A stretch of DNA of 64,000 bases from an uncultured Chloroflexia bacterium (GCA_963827475.1 CAWHAZ010000003.1:1-64000), one strand, 5' to 3'. Positions 1-10,562 are shown, numbered from the stretch's first letter. Notes: generated by a model from the sequence alone, not told the origin. Numbers and translations are program-made.

Positions 1-413
1 ATCGCGACGACGGCCTCCAGCGGCTCGTCTGAGGCGCCGTTGACCGGGGTTTCGGTCTCGTCCTGCGCGGCCTGGGCCTCCTTGGCGTATTCCTTCTTGC
101 CGCGGCCGGAGAGCATCTCCAGCGAGCTGACCACGACCTCGGTCTTCCAGTGCCTCTTGCCAGCGTCGTCATCCCACTGGCGGGTCTGGAGCCGGCCCTC
201 GACATCGACGAGCTGGCCCTTGCCCAGGAACTGGCCGCAGATCTCGGCCAGGCGGTCCCACGCGACCAAGGCGTGGTACTCGGTCCGCTCCCCGGCGTTG
301 GCGCCGCGGTACTCATTCGTCGCGAGGGAGAAAGTCGTGACGTGCTTCCCGCTCGGCAGCGTGCGCAGCTCCGGGTCGCGGGTCAGCCGTCCCACCAGCA
401 TCACCTTGTTCAT
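1..413 (-). CDS. ssb: single-stranded DNA-binding protein (3' end runs off the window)
   Basis: Not in the ORF track. ATG at 413 after GGAGGAG; manual translation MNKVMLVGRLTRDPELRTLPSGKHVTTFSLATNEY...VAWDRLAEICGQFLGKGQLVDVEGRLQTRQW is a typical SSB OB-fold. Confidence 0.95.
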   Translation of the reverse strand, partial: MNKVMLVGRLTRDPELRTLPSGKHVTTFSLATNEYRGANAGERTEYHALVAWDRLAEICGQFLGKGQLVDVEGRLQTRQWDDDAGKRHWKTEVVVSSLEMLSGRGKKEYAKEAQAAQDETETPVNGASDEPLEAVVA

Positions 414-495
414 CTGAGGTCTCTCCTCCAGCCCGCGCGGGGCTCAACGGCGCACCCGGCGAGTGAGTGGCGCGGAGGAGGCTAGGGCTGACCGA

Positions 496-1360
496 TTACC
501 GGTCCCTGACAGAGCCCTTACCGCCCGACTGAACGGCACCGATAGGCCTCGCGGCGCGGGACTCCGGCAGCGCGGAGGAGGTCGGTGATGGTCCGATCGG
601 AAAGCCCGGCGCGGCCGGCCGGCGGCGACGAGCGGCGCCGGCGTCCGACGGTCGCGGAGGTCGCGGGCGCGACAGACCCGAGACGACCAGCGTGAACTCG
701 CCACGAGGCGTCGGCAGCGCGGCGGCCACCTCGGCGGGGGTGCCGACGACGACCTCCTCGTGGATCTTGGTCAGCTCACGGGCCGCGGCGACCCGCAGGT
801 CCGGGTGCACCGCGGTCAAACGGTCGAGCTCGCCGAGGAGGCGCGAGACCCGGTGCGGGGCCTCGAACAGGACAACGGGCAGGCCCAGGCCGCCGGCGGC
901 GGCCACCAGCCGCTCGAGCACCGCGAAGCGCGCGGTTGGCGGTCGAGCCGGCAGGAAGCCACCGAACAGGAAGCCACCGCCGGACGCGCCCGCGACGGCC
1001 AGGGCGGCGGTGACGGCCGACGGACCGGGCACGACCTCGACGACGTGGCCCGCGGAGCGGGCGGCGGCCACCAGCTCGCGCTCCGGGGTCGGAAACGGCG
1101 GGCATCCCGGCGTCCGTCGTGAGTGCCAGCGTGTCGCCCCTGCCGAGCCGCTCCAGCAGGTCCGGCAGGCGGGACGCCGAGTTGTGCTCGGTGAACGACA
1201 CGGTCGGACGCCGCGCCCCGATGAAACGGAGGAGCTTGGCGGCGACCCGGGTGTCCTCCGCGACGACGAGGTCGGCCTCGCGCAGCGCCTCGGCCGCCCG
1301 GGGCGACAGGTCGCCGAGGTTGCCGATCGGCGTGCCCACGACCACGAGCCGACCGGTCAT
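496..1360 (-). CDS. rsmI: 16S rRNA (cytidine1402-2'-O)-methyltransferase, one frameshift near 1075-1085
   Basis: N-part MTGRLVVVGTPIGNLGDLSPRA...AEDTR...DAGMPAVSDPG (ORF 776..1360) continues in another frame with VVPGPSAVTAAL...FEAPHR...ARELTKIHEE...PRGEF (ORF 496..1071). Confidence 0.9.
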
Positions 1361-1373
1361 CGGAATACGGCGC

Positions 1374-2291
1374 TCAGCCGGCAGTCGTGGCGCCGGCCCT
1401 GGGGCCCTTGGGCCGCCGCGAGCCGGGGCGACGACGCGGATAGAGGTGGTCGATTCCCGGCGTGCGGAGGCTCACCTTCGCCACCGGCGCCGTCTGGCGC
1501 TTGAACTCGTTGCGGGCCACGCGCTCGACGACCCACCGCACGAGCGACTCCGACAGCCCGGCCCGGACGCATCGGTCCACCGACCAGCGCCGGTCGACCA
1601 CGGCGTACAGGATCCGATCCAGGTCGTCGTAGGTGGCGCCCAGCTCGTCCTCATCGGTCTGTCCCGGCCACAGGTCGGCGGATGGTGGCTTGGCGACGAT
1701 CTCCGGTGGCACGCCCAGCTCGGTGGCCACCGCGCGCAGCTGGCTCTTGTACAGGTCACCGATCGGCTGCAGCGCCGCGGCCATGTCGCCGTGGAGCGTC
1801 CCGTAGCCGAGCAGCGCCTCGGTCTTGTTCGAGGTCCCGCAGACCAGGGCGTCGAAGGCCGCCGAGCGGTCGTACAGGACGATCATCCGCAGCCGGGCCA
1901 GGACGTTGCCGCGCCGGATGCGCAGCGCGGGCTCGTCGCCGTGGCCGACGACGGTCAGCATCGGCTCGGCCATGGCCGTGATGTCGATCCGCTGCGAGTC
2001 GCAGCCGAGGGCCTCGACCACCCGGAGGGCATCGGTCTCCGACGACGGATCCGATTGGCGGAACGGCATCCGCACCGCCAGCACGTTCTCCGCCCCCACC
2101 ACCCGAGCGGCCAGGAAGGCGACGGTCGCGCTGTCGACCCCGCCGGAGAGGCCCACCACCAGCCGGTCGAAGCCGGTCTGGTCCAGCTGGGCGCGGAGGA
2201 AGCCGGTGATGACCGCCACGACCTGGTCGGCCTGGACCTGCGGCAGCGGCGCAGCCTCGGTCGCGGCAGGACTCGTCGATCCGGCGCTCAT
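1374..2291 (-). CDS. nadE: NAD+ synthetase (synthetase domain only)
   Basis: GLSGGVDS, GNVLARLRM, GTSNKTE, GYGTLHGD, DLYKSQ, KPPSADLWPGQTDE motifs. ATG at 2291 overlaps the upstream stop (ATGA). Confidence 0.93.
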   Translation of the reverse strand: MSAGSTSPAATEAAPLPQVQADQVVAVITGFLRAQLDQTGFDRLVVGLSGGVDSATVAFLAARVVGAENVLAVRMPFRQSDPSSETDALRVVEALGCDSQRIDITAMAEPMLTVVGHGDEPALRIRRGNVLARLRMIVLYDRSAAFDALVCGTSNKTEALLGYGTLHGDMAAALQPIGDLYKSQLRAVATELGVPPEIVAKPPSADLWPGQTDEDELGATYDDLDRILYAVVDRRWSVDRCVRAGLSESLVRWVVERVARNEFKRQTAPVAKVSLRTPGIDHLYPRRRPGSRRPKGPRAGATTAG

Positions 2292-3190
2292 CGGTCCCCC
2301 GCCGCTTCCTCGGCCGGTTCGTCCGCCGCCTCCAGCCCCGCGCGCTCGGCGATGATCCGGTCCAGCTCGCGGCGGGTGAGGTCCAGCCGCTCGTCGGCCA
2401 GGATGGGGAGCTGGTAGCGCTGCATCCGCAGGTCGTCGGTGTCGAGACTGCCGACGACGAGCGCTTCTTCGTACAGCGGCGCCTCCGCCACGACCGCCCC
2501 GTTGGCGCCGATCAGCCGCGAGCCACCCCAGAAGGTGAGCCCCTCCTCGTTGCCGACCCGGTTGCAGAACGCGACCGCCACCGTCCCCAGCAGGGCGTAC
2601 GTCTCCTGCATCTTGTGCCACCCCTCGATCGCCGCCAGGCCGGCGTCGGAGCCGGGCGCTCGGGCTGGGCCGGCGGCGAGGTTGACGAGCAGCGAGGCCC
2701 CGTCATGGGCCTGGATCATCGGCACCGAGGGGTGCCAGAAGTCCTCGCAGATGCTCAGGCCGATCCGTCCCAGCGGCTCCCCCACCGCCGTCGTCCGGAT
2801 CCGGTCGCCTGCTCGGGTGAAGCGCCCCTCGTCGAACATGCCGTAGGTCGGCAGGTAGACCTTGCGGTGGTGGCCGAGGACCTCGCCGTCGCGGAGGAGG
2901 ACGGCGCTGTTGGTGTACCGATGGTCATCGGTCTCCTCGACGAACCCGATCGCGACCGCGGTCCCCGGCGCGGTGCGGGACAGATCCGCCAGCCGGGGAT
3001 CGGTCACCGGCATGGCGACCTCGGGCACGAGGTCGCTGAGCAGGTAGCCGCTCAGCGCCAGCTCGGGGAAGACGACGAGATGCGCGCCTTCGGCTGCCGC
3101 CGCGCCGATCCGGTCGGCGGCCAGCGCGAGGTTCGCCTCCACGTCCCCCAGGTGGGGCGCGACCTGGGCGAGTGCGACGCGGACCTCCAC
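2288..3190 (-). CDS. nitrilase-family carbon-nitrogen hydrolase, probable glutaminase subunit of NAD synthetase
   Basis: Glu-Lys-Cys triad in FPEL, HRKVYLPTYGMFDE and ICEDFW; translationally coupled to nadE. Confidence 0.88.
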   Translation of the reverse strand: MEVRVALAQVAPHLGDVEANLALAADRIGAAAAEGAHLVVFPELALSGYLLSDLVPEVAMPVTDPRLADLSRTAPGTAVAIGFVEETDDHRYTNSAVLLRDGEVLGHHRKVYLPTYGMFDEGRFTRAGDRIRTTAVGEPLGRIGLSICEDFWHPSVPMIQAHDGASLLVNLAAGPARAPGSDAGLAAIEGWHKMQETYALLGTVAVAFCNRVGNEEGLTFWGGSRLIGANGAVVAEAPLYEEALVVGSLDTDDLRMQRYQLPILADERLDLTRRELDRIIAERAGLEAADEPAEEAAGDR

Positions 3191-3200
3191 GCCGCGAAGC

Positions 3201-4340
3201 CTAGCCGACCGCTGCCTCGGTCGGGGTCGGGGGCGCGGGCGTCTCGGCCTCGTCGACTGCCTCGGCCGACTCCAGGCCCGAGCTCCCGGCGGCCGCGGCG
3301 GCGATCCGCCGCTGGCGTTTGGCCGGCTCGAGCAGGTCCTCCGCGAAATGGCACGCGACCTCGTGGCCCCCGCCGACGGTCCGCAGCTCCGGTCGCTCGG
3401 TCGCGCAGCGCTCGGGATTGCCGAGCTGGGTCCGCAGCCAGCAGCGGGTGTGGAACCGGCATCCCGATGGCGGGTTCACCGGGGAGGGGACGTCGCCGCG
3501 GAGGATGATCCGCCGCCGTTGCGCCCGCTCCGCGGGCTTGGCCACGGGGACCGCCGACAGGAGGGCGATGGTGTACGGGTGGACCGGGAGCCGGTAGATC
3601 TCCGCCGAGCCGGCAACCTCGACCAGGGCGCCGAGGTACATGACCGCCACCCGGTCGCTGATGTGCTCGACCACGCCCATGTTGTGGGCGATGAACAGGT
3701 AGGTCAGGCCCAGCCGGCGCTGGAGATCGCGGAGGAGGTTCAGGACCTGGGCCTGGATGCTGACGTCGAGGGCACTGACCGGCTCGTCGCACACGAGCAG
3801 GTCCGGCTCGAGGACGAGGGCGCGCGCGATCCCGATCCGCTGCCGCTGGCCGCCGGAGAACTCGTGCGGATAGCGCCGGGCGTGGTAGGGCGCGAGCCCG
3901 ACGAGGTCCATCATCTTGGCCACCCGGTCCGCGCGCTCCTGCGGCGTGCCGATGCCGTGGATGCGGAGCCCCTCCCCGATGGCCGCGGCGATCGGCGCCC
4001 GCGGGTCCAGGGACGCGTACGGGTCCTGGAAGACGATCTGCATCCGCCGCCGGTAGCGCTTCAGCTCCGCGCCCTTGACGTGGGTGATGTCCTCCCCGTC
4101 GAACACGATCCGGCCCCCGGTCGGATCGATCAGGCGGAGGAGGGTCCGTCCCACCGTCGTCTTGCCGCATCCCGACTCCCCGACGAGGCCCAGCGTCTCG
4201 CCCCGGCGGATCTCGAAGCTGACGTCGTCGACGGCCTTCACCTCGCCGATCTGGCGCTGGAGGAGGCCGGCCCGCAGTGGGAAGAACTCGGAGAGGTTCT
4301 CGACCTGGACCAGGGGCCCGTTCGAAATCGTCCCTGTCAC
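3201..4340 (-). CDS. peptide ABC transporter ATP-binding protein (OppF/DppF-like), operon 1
   Basis: [22 protein letters not shown]-terminal [10 protein letters not shown]...ACH. Confidence 0.95.
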   Translation of the reverse strand: MTGTISNGPLVQVENLSEFFPLRAGLLQRQIGEVKAVDDVSFEIRRGETLGLVGESGCGKTTVGRTLLRLIDPTGGRIVFDGEDITHVKGAELKRYRRRMQIVFQDPYASLDPRAPIAAAIGEGLRIHGIGTPQERADRVAKMMDLVGLAPYHARRYPHEFSGGQRQRIGIARALVLEPDLLVCDEPVSALDVSIQAQVLNLLRDLQRRLGLTYLFIAHNMGVVEHISDRVAVMYLGALVEVAGSAEIYRLPVHPYTIALLSAVPVAKPAERAQRRRIILRGDVPSPVNPPSGCRFHTRCWLRTQLGNPERCATERPELRTVGGGHEVACHFAEDLLEPAKRQRRIAAAAAGSSGLESAEAVDEAETPAPPTPTEAAVG

Positions 4341-5425
4341 TGCACCCGGGCTCCCGCAATCGGGGTCCCATCGGTCTCGTGGTAGATCCAGCAGCGGACG
4401 TCGTGGCCGATCGCCTGGCCAGCGGATTCGCCCACCGAGCGGAGCTCGGGATGATCGGTCGTGCAGTGCGGTACGTCCTGGGCCACCCGTGGCACGCAGC
4501 GCGGGGCGAAGCGACAGGCCGCTGGCAGGTCGATGAGGTTCGGCACGGAGCCGGGGATGGTCGTCAGCTCCGCCTGGACCTGGCCGAGGGTCGGGACCGA
4601 GCCGATCAGGCCCTGGGTGTACGGGTGCTTGGGATCGGCGAACAGGGTGGTCGTGTCCGACTGCTCGACGATCTCCCCGGCGTACATGACCGCCACCCGG
4701 TCACACATCTCGGCCACCACCCCGAGGTCGTGGGTGATGAGCACGATCGCCGTCCCGGTGTCCGCCTGGAGGGCGCGCATGAGATCGAGGATCTGGGCCT
4801 GGATGGTCACGTCCAGGGCGGTGGTCGGCTCGTCCGCGATGAGCAGCTCCGGCTCGCAGGCGAGGGCCATGGCGATCATCACCCGCTGGGCCATGCCGCC
4901 CGACAGGGAGTGGGGATACGCCTCCAGCCGCCGCTCGGGATCGGGGATGCCCACCATCCGCAGCAGCTCGGCCGCGCGGGCGCGCGCGGTCCGCTTCTTC
5001 ATCCCCTTGTGGATCTCGAGCACCTCGCTGATCTGCCGCCCGACGTCATAGACCGGGTTCAGGCTGCTCTGCGGCTGCTGGAAGATCATGCTGATCCGCT
5101 CCCCGCGCAGCTTCCGCAGGCGCTCCGAGCTGAGCGTCAGCAGGTCGACGTCATCGAACAGGATCTGCCCGCCCTCGACGCGACCTGGCGGCGCGACCAG
5201 GCCCAGGATGGACAGGGCGCTGACCGTCTTTCCACAGCCGGACTCCCCGACCAGTCCGAGGATCTCGCCCCGGTCGACGTGGAAGTCGATGCCGCTCACC
5301 GCGCGGACGACCCCGTCGCGGGTGTGGAACGAGGTCACCAGGCCGCGGACGTCGAGCAGCCGCTGCCCGCGCGAACCGACGCGGCGGGGGATCTCGGAGA
5401 TCTCGGCGATGCCGCCGCTGGTCAC
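4337..5425 (-). CDS. peptide ABC transporter ATP-binding protein (OppD/DppD-like), operon 1
   Basis: [41 protein letters not shown]. Confidence 0.95.
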   Translation of the reverse strand: MTSGGIAEISEIPRRVGSRGQRLLDVRGLVTSFHTRDGVVRAVSGIDFHVDRGEILGLVGESGCGKTVSALSILGLVAPPGRVEGGQILFDDVDLLTLSSERLRKLRGERISMIFQQPQSSLNPVYDVGRQISEVLEIHKGMKKRTARARAAELLRMVGIPDPERRLEAYPHSLSGGMAQRVMIAMALACEPELLIADEPTTALDVTIQAQILDLMRALQADTGTAIVLITHDLGVVAEMCDRVAVMYAGEIVEQSDTTTLFADPKHPYTQGLIGSVPTLGQVQAELTTIPGSVPNLIDLPAACRFAPRCVPRVAQDVPHCTTDHPELRSVGESAGQAIGHDVRCWIYHETDGTPIAGARVQ

Positions 5426-6417
5426 CGGTTCAGCCGTGGGTCGAGCGCGTCACGGAGCCCATCTCCGAACAGGTTGAATCCCAGCACGCTGATCGTGAGC
5501 GCGATGCCGGGCGCGAGGATGAGCCACGGAGCGTTGAACAGCTGGTTGCGGTCGAGGGCGATCATCGATCCCCACTCCGCCAGCGGGGGCTGGGCGCCGA
5601 GCCCGAGGAACGACAGCGCGGCGACCTCCAGGATGGCGCCGGCCACGCCGAGCGTGCCGGCCACGATGATCGGGGTCAGCGAGTTGGGGACGACCCTTCG
5701 GAACAGCACGCCGCGTCCCGACTCCCCGAGGGCCCGCGAGGCGGTGACGAAGTCGCGCTCGCGGACGGACAGGACCGATGCGCGCATGACACGGGCATAG
5801 ACCGGGATGGCCACGATCCCGATCGCGAGCTGTGCGTTGAGCAACCCCGGCCCGAGCACGGTGACGATGGCGATGGCCAGGACCAGGGCCGGGAAGACGA
5901 GGAACACGTCCATGATCCGCATCAGGACGTTGTCCGCGCGGCCCCCGCCGAAGGCCGCCAGGGCGCCGATGGTCGAACCGATGGCGATGGCGAAGCCCAC
6001 GGTCAGGACGCCGACGAACAGGGAAACGCGGGCCCCGTACACCACCCGGCTGAACACGTCCCGGCCGTTCCGGTCGAGCCCGAAGTAGTGCTCGGGCCGG
6101 TCCTCCGGACATCCGAGGAGGTGGATGCACGGGGCATACTCGCCGTCGGCCTGGGACAGCCCCTCCTCGATCCCGACCGCCAGATCCGGATCGTGGGTCG
6201 CGATCAGCGGCGCGAACAGCGCCGTGGTGAACAGGAAAACCAGCAGCACGAGCCCAACCTGCGCCGACCGCTGGCGGAGGATGCTGCCGGCGGTGTCGCG
6301 CCACAGGTTGCCGGGCCGTGCGGCCAGACCCTCGACATCGACCGCCGTCATCCCCTCGCCCGCGGTCACGGTCCGTGCCGCGAGCTGGGCGTCGCCGCTG
6401 TCTGGCAGGAATGTCAT
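5422..6417 (-). CDS. peptide ABC transporter permease (OppC/DppC-like), operon 1
   Basis: GLDRNGRDVFSRVVYGARVSL, EAA-like DFVTASRALG, C-terminal FNLFGDGLRDALDP. Confidence 0.95.
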   Translation of the reverse strand: MTFLPDSGDAQLAARTVTAGEGMTAVDVEGLAARPGNLWRDTAGSILRQRSAQVGLVLLVFLFTTALFAPLIATHDPDLAVGIEEGLSQADGEYAPCIHLLGCPEDRPEHYFGLDRNGRDVFSRVVYGARVSLFVGVLTVGFAIAIGSTIGALAAFGGGRADNVLMRIMDVFLVFPALVLAIAIVTVLGPGLLNAQLAIGIVAIPVYARVMRASVLSVRERDFVTASRALGESGRGVLFRRVVPNSLTPIIVAGTLGVAGAILEVAALSFLGLGAQPPLAEWGSMIALDRNQLFNAPWLILAPGIALTISVLGFNLFGDGLRDALDPRLNR

Positions 6418-7490
6418 TTGAGCCGGATCCGCGGGTCGAGGAACGCGTACGACACGTCCACGACCAGGTTCACGGTGAGGTACACGATGGCCGTGATCAG
6501 GGTCACCGCCTGGATGACCGGGAAGTCGCGGCCGGTGATCGAGTCGGTGATCGTCTTCCCCAGCCCGGTCAGCCCGAAGATCGTCTCGGTCAGGACCGCC
6601 CCGCTGAGCAGGGCGCCCAGGGTCAGCCCGATGACGGTGACGACCGGCAGGATGGCGTTCCGCAGCCCATGGCTGAGGACCACCCGCCGCTCGATGACCC
6701 CTTTGGCCCGGGCCGTGCGGATGTAGTCCTGGCCGAGGACCTCGAGCAGGCTGGAGCGGGTCATCCGGCCGATGAGGGCCAGCGGGATGGTGGCCAGCGC
6801 GATCGCCGGCAGGATGAGGTGGACGACCGCATCACCGAAGACCGCCCACTGGCCGCTGATCAGGCTGCCGACGACGTACATGTTGCCGACGAAGTCGATC
6901 AGGACCCGCAACGGACCGTCGAGGTCCTGCACGCCCCATGCCTCGGCCAGCGGGATGATGATCACCCCCGGCGACAGGCGTCCATTGGGGGGCAGGGCGA
7001 ACGGCGTGTCCTTCAGGACGACGGCGAAGATGAAGATCAGGATCAGGCCGAGGACGAACACCGGGATCGACACGCCGAAGTTGGCGAACATCATCGTCCC
7101 GACGTCCACCTTCGAGTTGCGCCGCGCGGCCGACGCCACGCCCAGCGTGATGCCCAGGATGGTGGCGATGCCCAGGGCCAGGATCGTGAGCTCGATCGTC
7201 ACCGGCATCCGCTCGATGAGCATCTCCGAGATCGGGCGGCCGTAGGCGATCGAGGTCCCGAGGTCGCCGGACAGCAGGTCCTGGACGTAGATCACGAACT
7301 GGACCGGGATCGGCTCGTCCAGCCCGAACCGCTCGTTGAACGCCGCGCACGCCTCCTGCGTCGCTCGCGGGCCGAGGGCGAGGAAGCACGGGTCGCCGGG
7401 CAGGACGCGGGCGAGGGTGAAGACGACGACGATGACGCCGATGAGCACCGGGATGGAGAGCAGCACACGACGGGCGATGAACTGGAACAT
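6414..7490 (-). CDS. peptide ABC transporter permease (OppB/DppB-like), operon 1
   Basis: PGDP, GLDEPIPVQF, GDLGTS, DYIRTARAKG, NLVVDVSYAFLDPRIR. Confidence 0.95.
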   Translation of the reverse strand: MFQFIARRVLLSIPVLIGVIVVVFTLARVLPGDPCFLALGPRATQEACAAFNERFGLDEPIPVQFVIYVQDLLSGDLGTSIAYGRPISEMLIERMPVTIELTILALGIATILGITLGVASAARRNSKVDVGTMMFANFGVSIPVFVLGLILIFIFAVVLKDTPFALPPNGRLSPGVIIIPLAEAWGVQDLDGPLRVLIDFVGNMYVVGSLISGQWAVFGDAVVHLILPAIALATIPLALIGRMTRSSLLEVLGQDYIRTARAKGVIERRVVLSHGLRNAILPVVTVIGLTLGALLSGAVLTETIFGLTGLGKTITDSITGRDFPVIQAVTLITAIVYLTVNLVVDVSYAFLDPRIRLK

Positions 7491-7532
7491 TGGCCGCGAG
7501 TGTAGTGCGGAGGCGGGCTGACGGGAATATGA

Positions 7533-7560
7533 ACGGGCGCCACCCGAAGGTGGCGCCCGT
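7533..7560 (-). terminator. 12-bp GC stem closed by a C(UUCG)G tetraloop between the binding-protein gene and oppB; terminator or mRNA-stabilising hairpin
   Basis: Minus-strand ACGGGCGCCACC-TTCG-GGTGGCGCCCGT followed by TCATATT; a second hairpin lies at 7573-7592. Confidence 0.65.
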
Positions 7561-7606
7561 CGTGTGGTCCGCGGGCGGGCAGATGCCCGCCCATCGGTCT
7601 ATTCGG

Positions 7607-9295
7607 TTACTCCTCCGGCGGCGGAACGTTCAGGAAGGTTCCGAAGAACCCGCCGAAGTACTCGAACGAGCCGGTCCGCCCGATGTGCAGCGGATGTGCG
7701 ACATCCCACTGCAGCGCGAACGACAGGAGCACGTCACCGGCATCCAGTGTCGCGCCGTCGTGGAACGTCGCGTCACGCAGGGTGCAGGTGAACTCGGTCG
7801 CGTCCTCGTTGCCGACGCACTCCTCGGCGAGGGCCGGAATCGCAACCGTCCCTCCCGTCTCGTACGCGTACAGCGCCTCGGTGACCTGCTCGCAGACCCG
7901 GAGGGTCTCGCCATCGGTCTCGTCAGCGCAGTACAGCGCGATCGGCTCGGCGTTCTGCATCCAGACCATCTGGTTGTCGGCCGGCGTCACCGCGGCGAAC
8001 CACTCGTTGCCGAGCGGCGAGCTGTGGGCGCCTTCCACGTCGGCCAGCCACGCGGTGGCGGAAGCCCCGTGCGCGACCGGCACCATCGGGACGGTCTCCC
8101 GGATGGCGTTGTTGGCCTCTGCGTAGGCAGCGGCGCGGACCTCGTCGTCGAGGTTCGATCCGGCTTCCCCGATGGGATCGCGGACCGACGCATCGACGAC
8201 ACCGAACTGGTGGTTCGCGTCGTTGTCGAAGTGGTAGTTCAGGAAGTTGGACGTATCGGGGTAGTCAGCGCCCCAGCCGAGCAGGTACAGCCCGTTCAGC
8301 GAACCGGCGGTCGCGGCGTCGAGGAACGTCCCCGACTCCATCTCCTCGATCGTGACGTTGATGCCGAGGTTGTCCCGGAGCTGGGCCTGCAGGTCCTGGG
8401 CCACGACGGTCGGGTCGGGCAGGTAGCCACGAACCACGTTGCGGAAGTTCAGGACCGTGTCAAACCCGTTCGGCAGGCCGGCCTCGGCCAGCAGGGCCTG
8501 GGCGGCATCCGGGTCGAACTCGTACCACTCGTCGCCTTCGCAGCCGTGCGTGATTTCACACGGCGTGAAGTGGCTGGCGACGGACGAGTCGTCGGGGTAG
8601 AAGTTGTCGACGATGCGCTGCCGGTCGATGCCCATGGCCAGGGCCTGGCGGACGCGCACGTCATCGAACGGCTCGAAGGTGTTGTTGAACCCGACGTACA
8701 TCGTGTTCAGCGGATCCCGCGGCACGAGTGCCAGGTTCGGGTCGCCGGCGATGGTGGCCATGTCGTTGGGCGCGGGGTTGTCGATGGCGTCGATCTGGCC
8801 CGCCTGGAGCGCGACGAGTCGCGCCGCGGACTCGGTGGTCCACTGGAAGACGAGCTCATCCGCACCGACGTTCTCGCCCCAGTAGTCGGGGTTCTTCTCG
8901 AAGACGAGCTGCGTGCCCCGCTGCCAGTCGAGGAGCCGGTAGGGACCGGTCCCGATCGGGTCGGCGAGGATCCGGTGGTTCGCCATGTTGGCTTCGAGGT
9001 TGGCGGTGTCGTGGATCGCGAACGCAGTGAACGCGATCTTCGCCAGGAACGCCGGGTCCGGGAAGCACAGCGAGAAGACGACGGTATCCGCGGCTTCGGC
9101 GCGAATCTCCGAGAACTCGCCGCCGTAGGCACAGTCAACCGGGCCGTCCGCGGGATACGAGGACGGCGAGAACGGTGCTTCGCTGGCCGGCGCCTCAGAT
9201 GGCGCGGCGCTGCCCGAGGGCTCTTCCGAGCCCGAGGGCGTACACGCCGCCAGCACGAGGCCGACGACGACAAACAGGGGTAGGACTCTACGCAC
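7607..9295 (-). CDS. family-5 peptide ABC substrate-binding lipoprotein (DppA-like), circularly permuted
   Basis: Lipobox LAAC; PIGTGPY, NPDYWG, PFDDVRVRQAL, GWGADYPD. The segment that normally opens these proteins (PALAEE..EDATEFTCTLRD.TFHDG..LDAGDV..SF) is at the C-terminus. Confidence 0.9.
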   Translation of the reverse strand: MRRVLPLFVVVGLVLAACTPSGSEEPSGSAAPSEAPASEAPFSPSSYPADGPVDCAYGGEFSEIRAEAADTVVFSLCFPDPAFLAKIAFTAFAIHDTANLEANMANHRILADPIGTGPYRLLDWQRGTQLVFEKNPDYWGENVGADELVFQWTTESAARLVALQAGQIDAIDNPAPNDMATIAGDPNLALVPRDPLNTMYVGFNNTFEPFDDVRVRQALAMGIDRQRIVDNFYPDDSSVASHFTPCEITHGCEGDEWYEFDPDAAQALLAEAGLPNGFDTVLNFRNVVRGYLPDPTVVAQDLQAQLRDNLGINVTIEEMESGTFLDAATAGSLNGLYLLGWGADYPDTSNFLNYHFDNDANHQFGVVDASVRDPIGEAGSNLDDEVRAAAYAEANNAIRETVPMVPVAHGASATAWLADVEGAHSSPLGNEWFAAVTPADNQMVWMQNAEPIALYCADETDGETLRVCEQVTEALYAYETGGTVAIPALAEECVGNEDATEFTCTLRDATFHDGATLDAGDVLLSFALQWDVAHPLHIGRTGSFEYFGGFFGTFLNVPPPEE

Positions 9296-9422
9296 TTAGG
9301 TGACCCTCCGCTTCCTTCGATTCTTCCGACAGGAATGGGCGATACGATCCGGCCGGGGGCCGGTGAGGTCGCATCAGCATATCAGCGCCGCCAACGGGCG
9401 GCTATCGGGTGACTGCCCTCCT

Positions 9423-10562
9423 TCACGTGGTGGCGGCGGGCGCGGCTGCGGTTCCGCCGGTGGGTTCAGGGGCTTCGTCGAGGTGCGCGACACCGACATC
9501 GCTGCGCAGGGCGTCCTCGGCGAAGTGACAGGCGGCCTGGTGAGAGGGCTGGATGGTGCGGAGCGGGGGCTCCTCGGTGGTGCACACCTCCGGACGGCCC
9601 AGCCGCTCGTACAGCCAGCACCGGGTGTGGAAGCGGCAACCGGACGGCGGGTTGACCGGCGAGGGGACGTCGCCGGTGAGGATGACCCGCTTCCGCTTGC
9701 GCTCGGTCTTCGGGTCCGGGATGGGCACCGCCGACAGCAGGGCCCGGGTGTACGGGTGGCCCGGGCCCGCGTACAGCAGGTCCGGGGTCCCGACCTCGAC
9801 CAGCTTGCCGAGGTACATGACCCCGACCCGATCGCTGATGTGGCGGACGACCGACAGGTCGTGTGCGATGAACAGGTACGTGAGCCCGAACCGCTCGCGG
9901 AGCTCGACCAGGAGGTTCAGGACCTGGGCCTGGATCGACACGTCGAGGGCGCTGATCGGCTCGTCGCAGACGATGAACTCCGGCTCCACGGCGAGCGCGC
10001 GAGCCACGCCGATGCGCTGCCGCTGGCCGCCGGAGAACTCGTGCGGGTAGCGGTTGCGGTAGTTCGGGTTGAGCCCCACCAGCTGGAGCAGCTCCGCCAC
10101 CCGGTCCTGGCGGGCGGACTTGCTGCCGAGGTTATGGGTCTCCAGCGGCTCGGAGATGATCGAGTTGACCGTCATTCGCGGGTTCAGCGAGGAGTACGGA
10201 TCCTGGAAGATGATCTGCATCCGCCGCCTTGCCAGCCGGAGCTCCTCGCGCGAGAGGCTCATGAGGTCGAGGCCGTCGAACAGGACCTTCCCGCCTGAGA
10301 GCTTTCGGAGGCGGATGAGCGCGCGACCAGTGGTGCTCTTCCCACATCCGGACTCGCCGACCAGGCCGAGGGTCTCCCCGCGCTTGATCTCGAATGAGAT
10401 GTCGTCCACGGCGCGGACATCGCCAGTCCGTCGCTGGAGGAGGCCGGAGAAGATCGGGAAGTAGACCCGGATGTTGTCGGCCTCAACGAGCGGCCCGGTG
10501 CCGTTGCCCGAGGGCTCGACGGCCGTGGCGGTGGCGGGGACCGTCGTGGTCGACTCGGTCAT
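9423..10562 (-). CDS. peptide ABC transporter ATP-binding protein (OppF-like), operon 2
   Basis: [35 protein letters not shown]; ATG 10562 overlaps the upstream stop. Confidence 0.95.
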   Translation of the reverse strand: MTESTTTVPATATAVEPSGNGTGPLVEADNIRVYFPIFSGLLQRRTGDVRAVDDISFEIKRGETLGLVGESGCGKSTTGRALIRLRKLSGGKVLFDGLDLMSLSREELRLARRRMQIIFQDPYSSLNPRMTVNSIISEPLETHNLGSKSARQDRVAELLQLVGLNPNYRNRYPHEFSGGQRQRIGVARALAVEPEFIVCDEPISALDVSIQAQVLNLLVELRERFGLTYLFIAHDLSVVRHISDRVGVMYLGKLVEVGTPDLLYAGPGHPYTRALLSAVPIPDPKTERKRKRVILTGDVPSPVNPPSGCRFHTRCWLYERLGRPEVCTTEEPPLRTIQPSHQAACHFAEDALRSDVGVAHLDEAPEPTGGTAAAPAATT

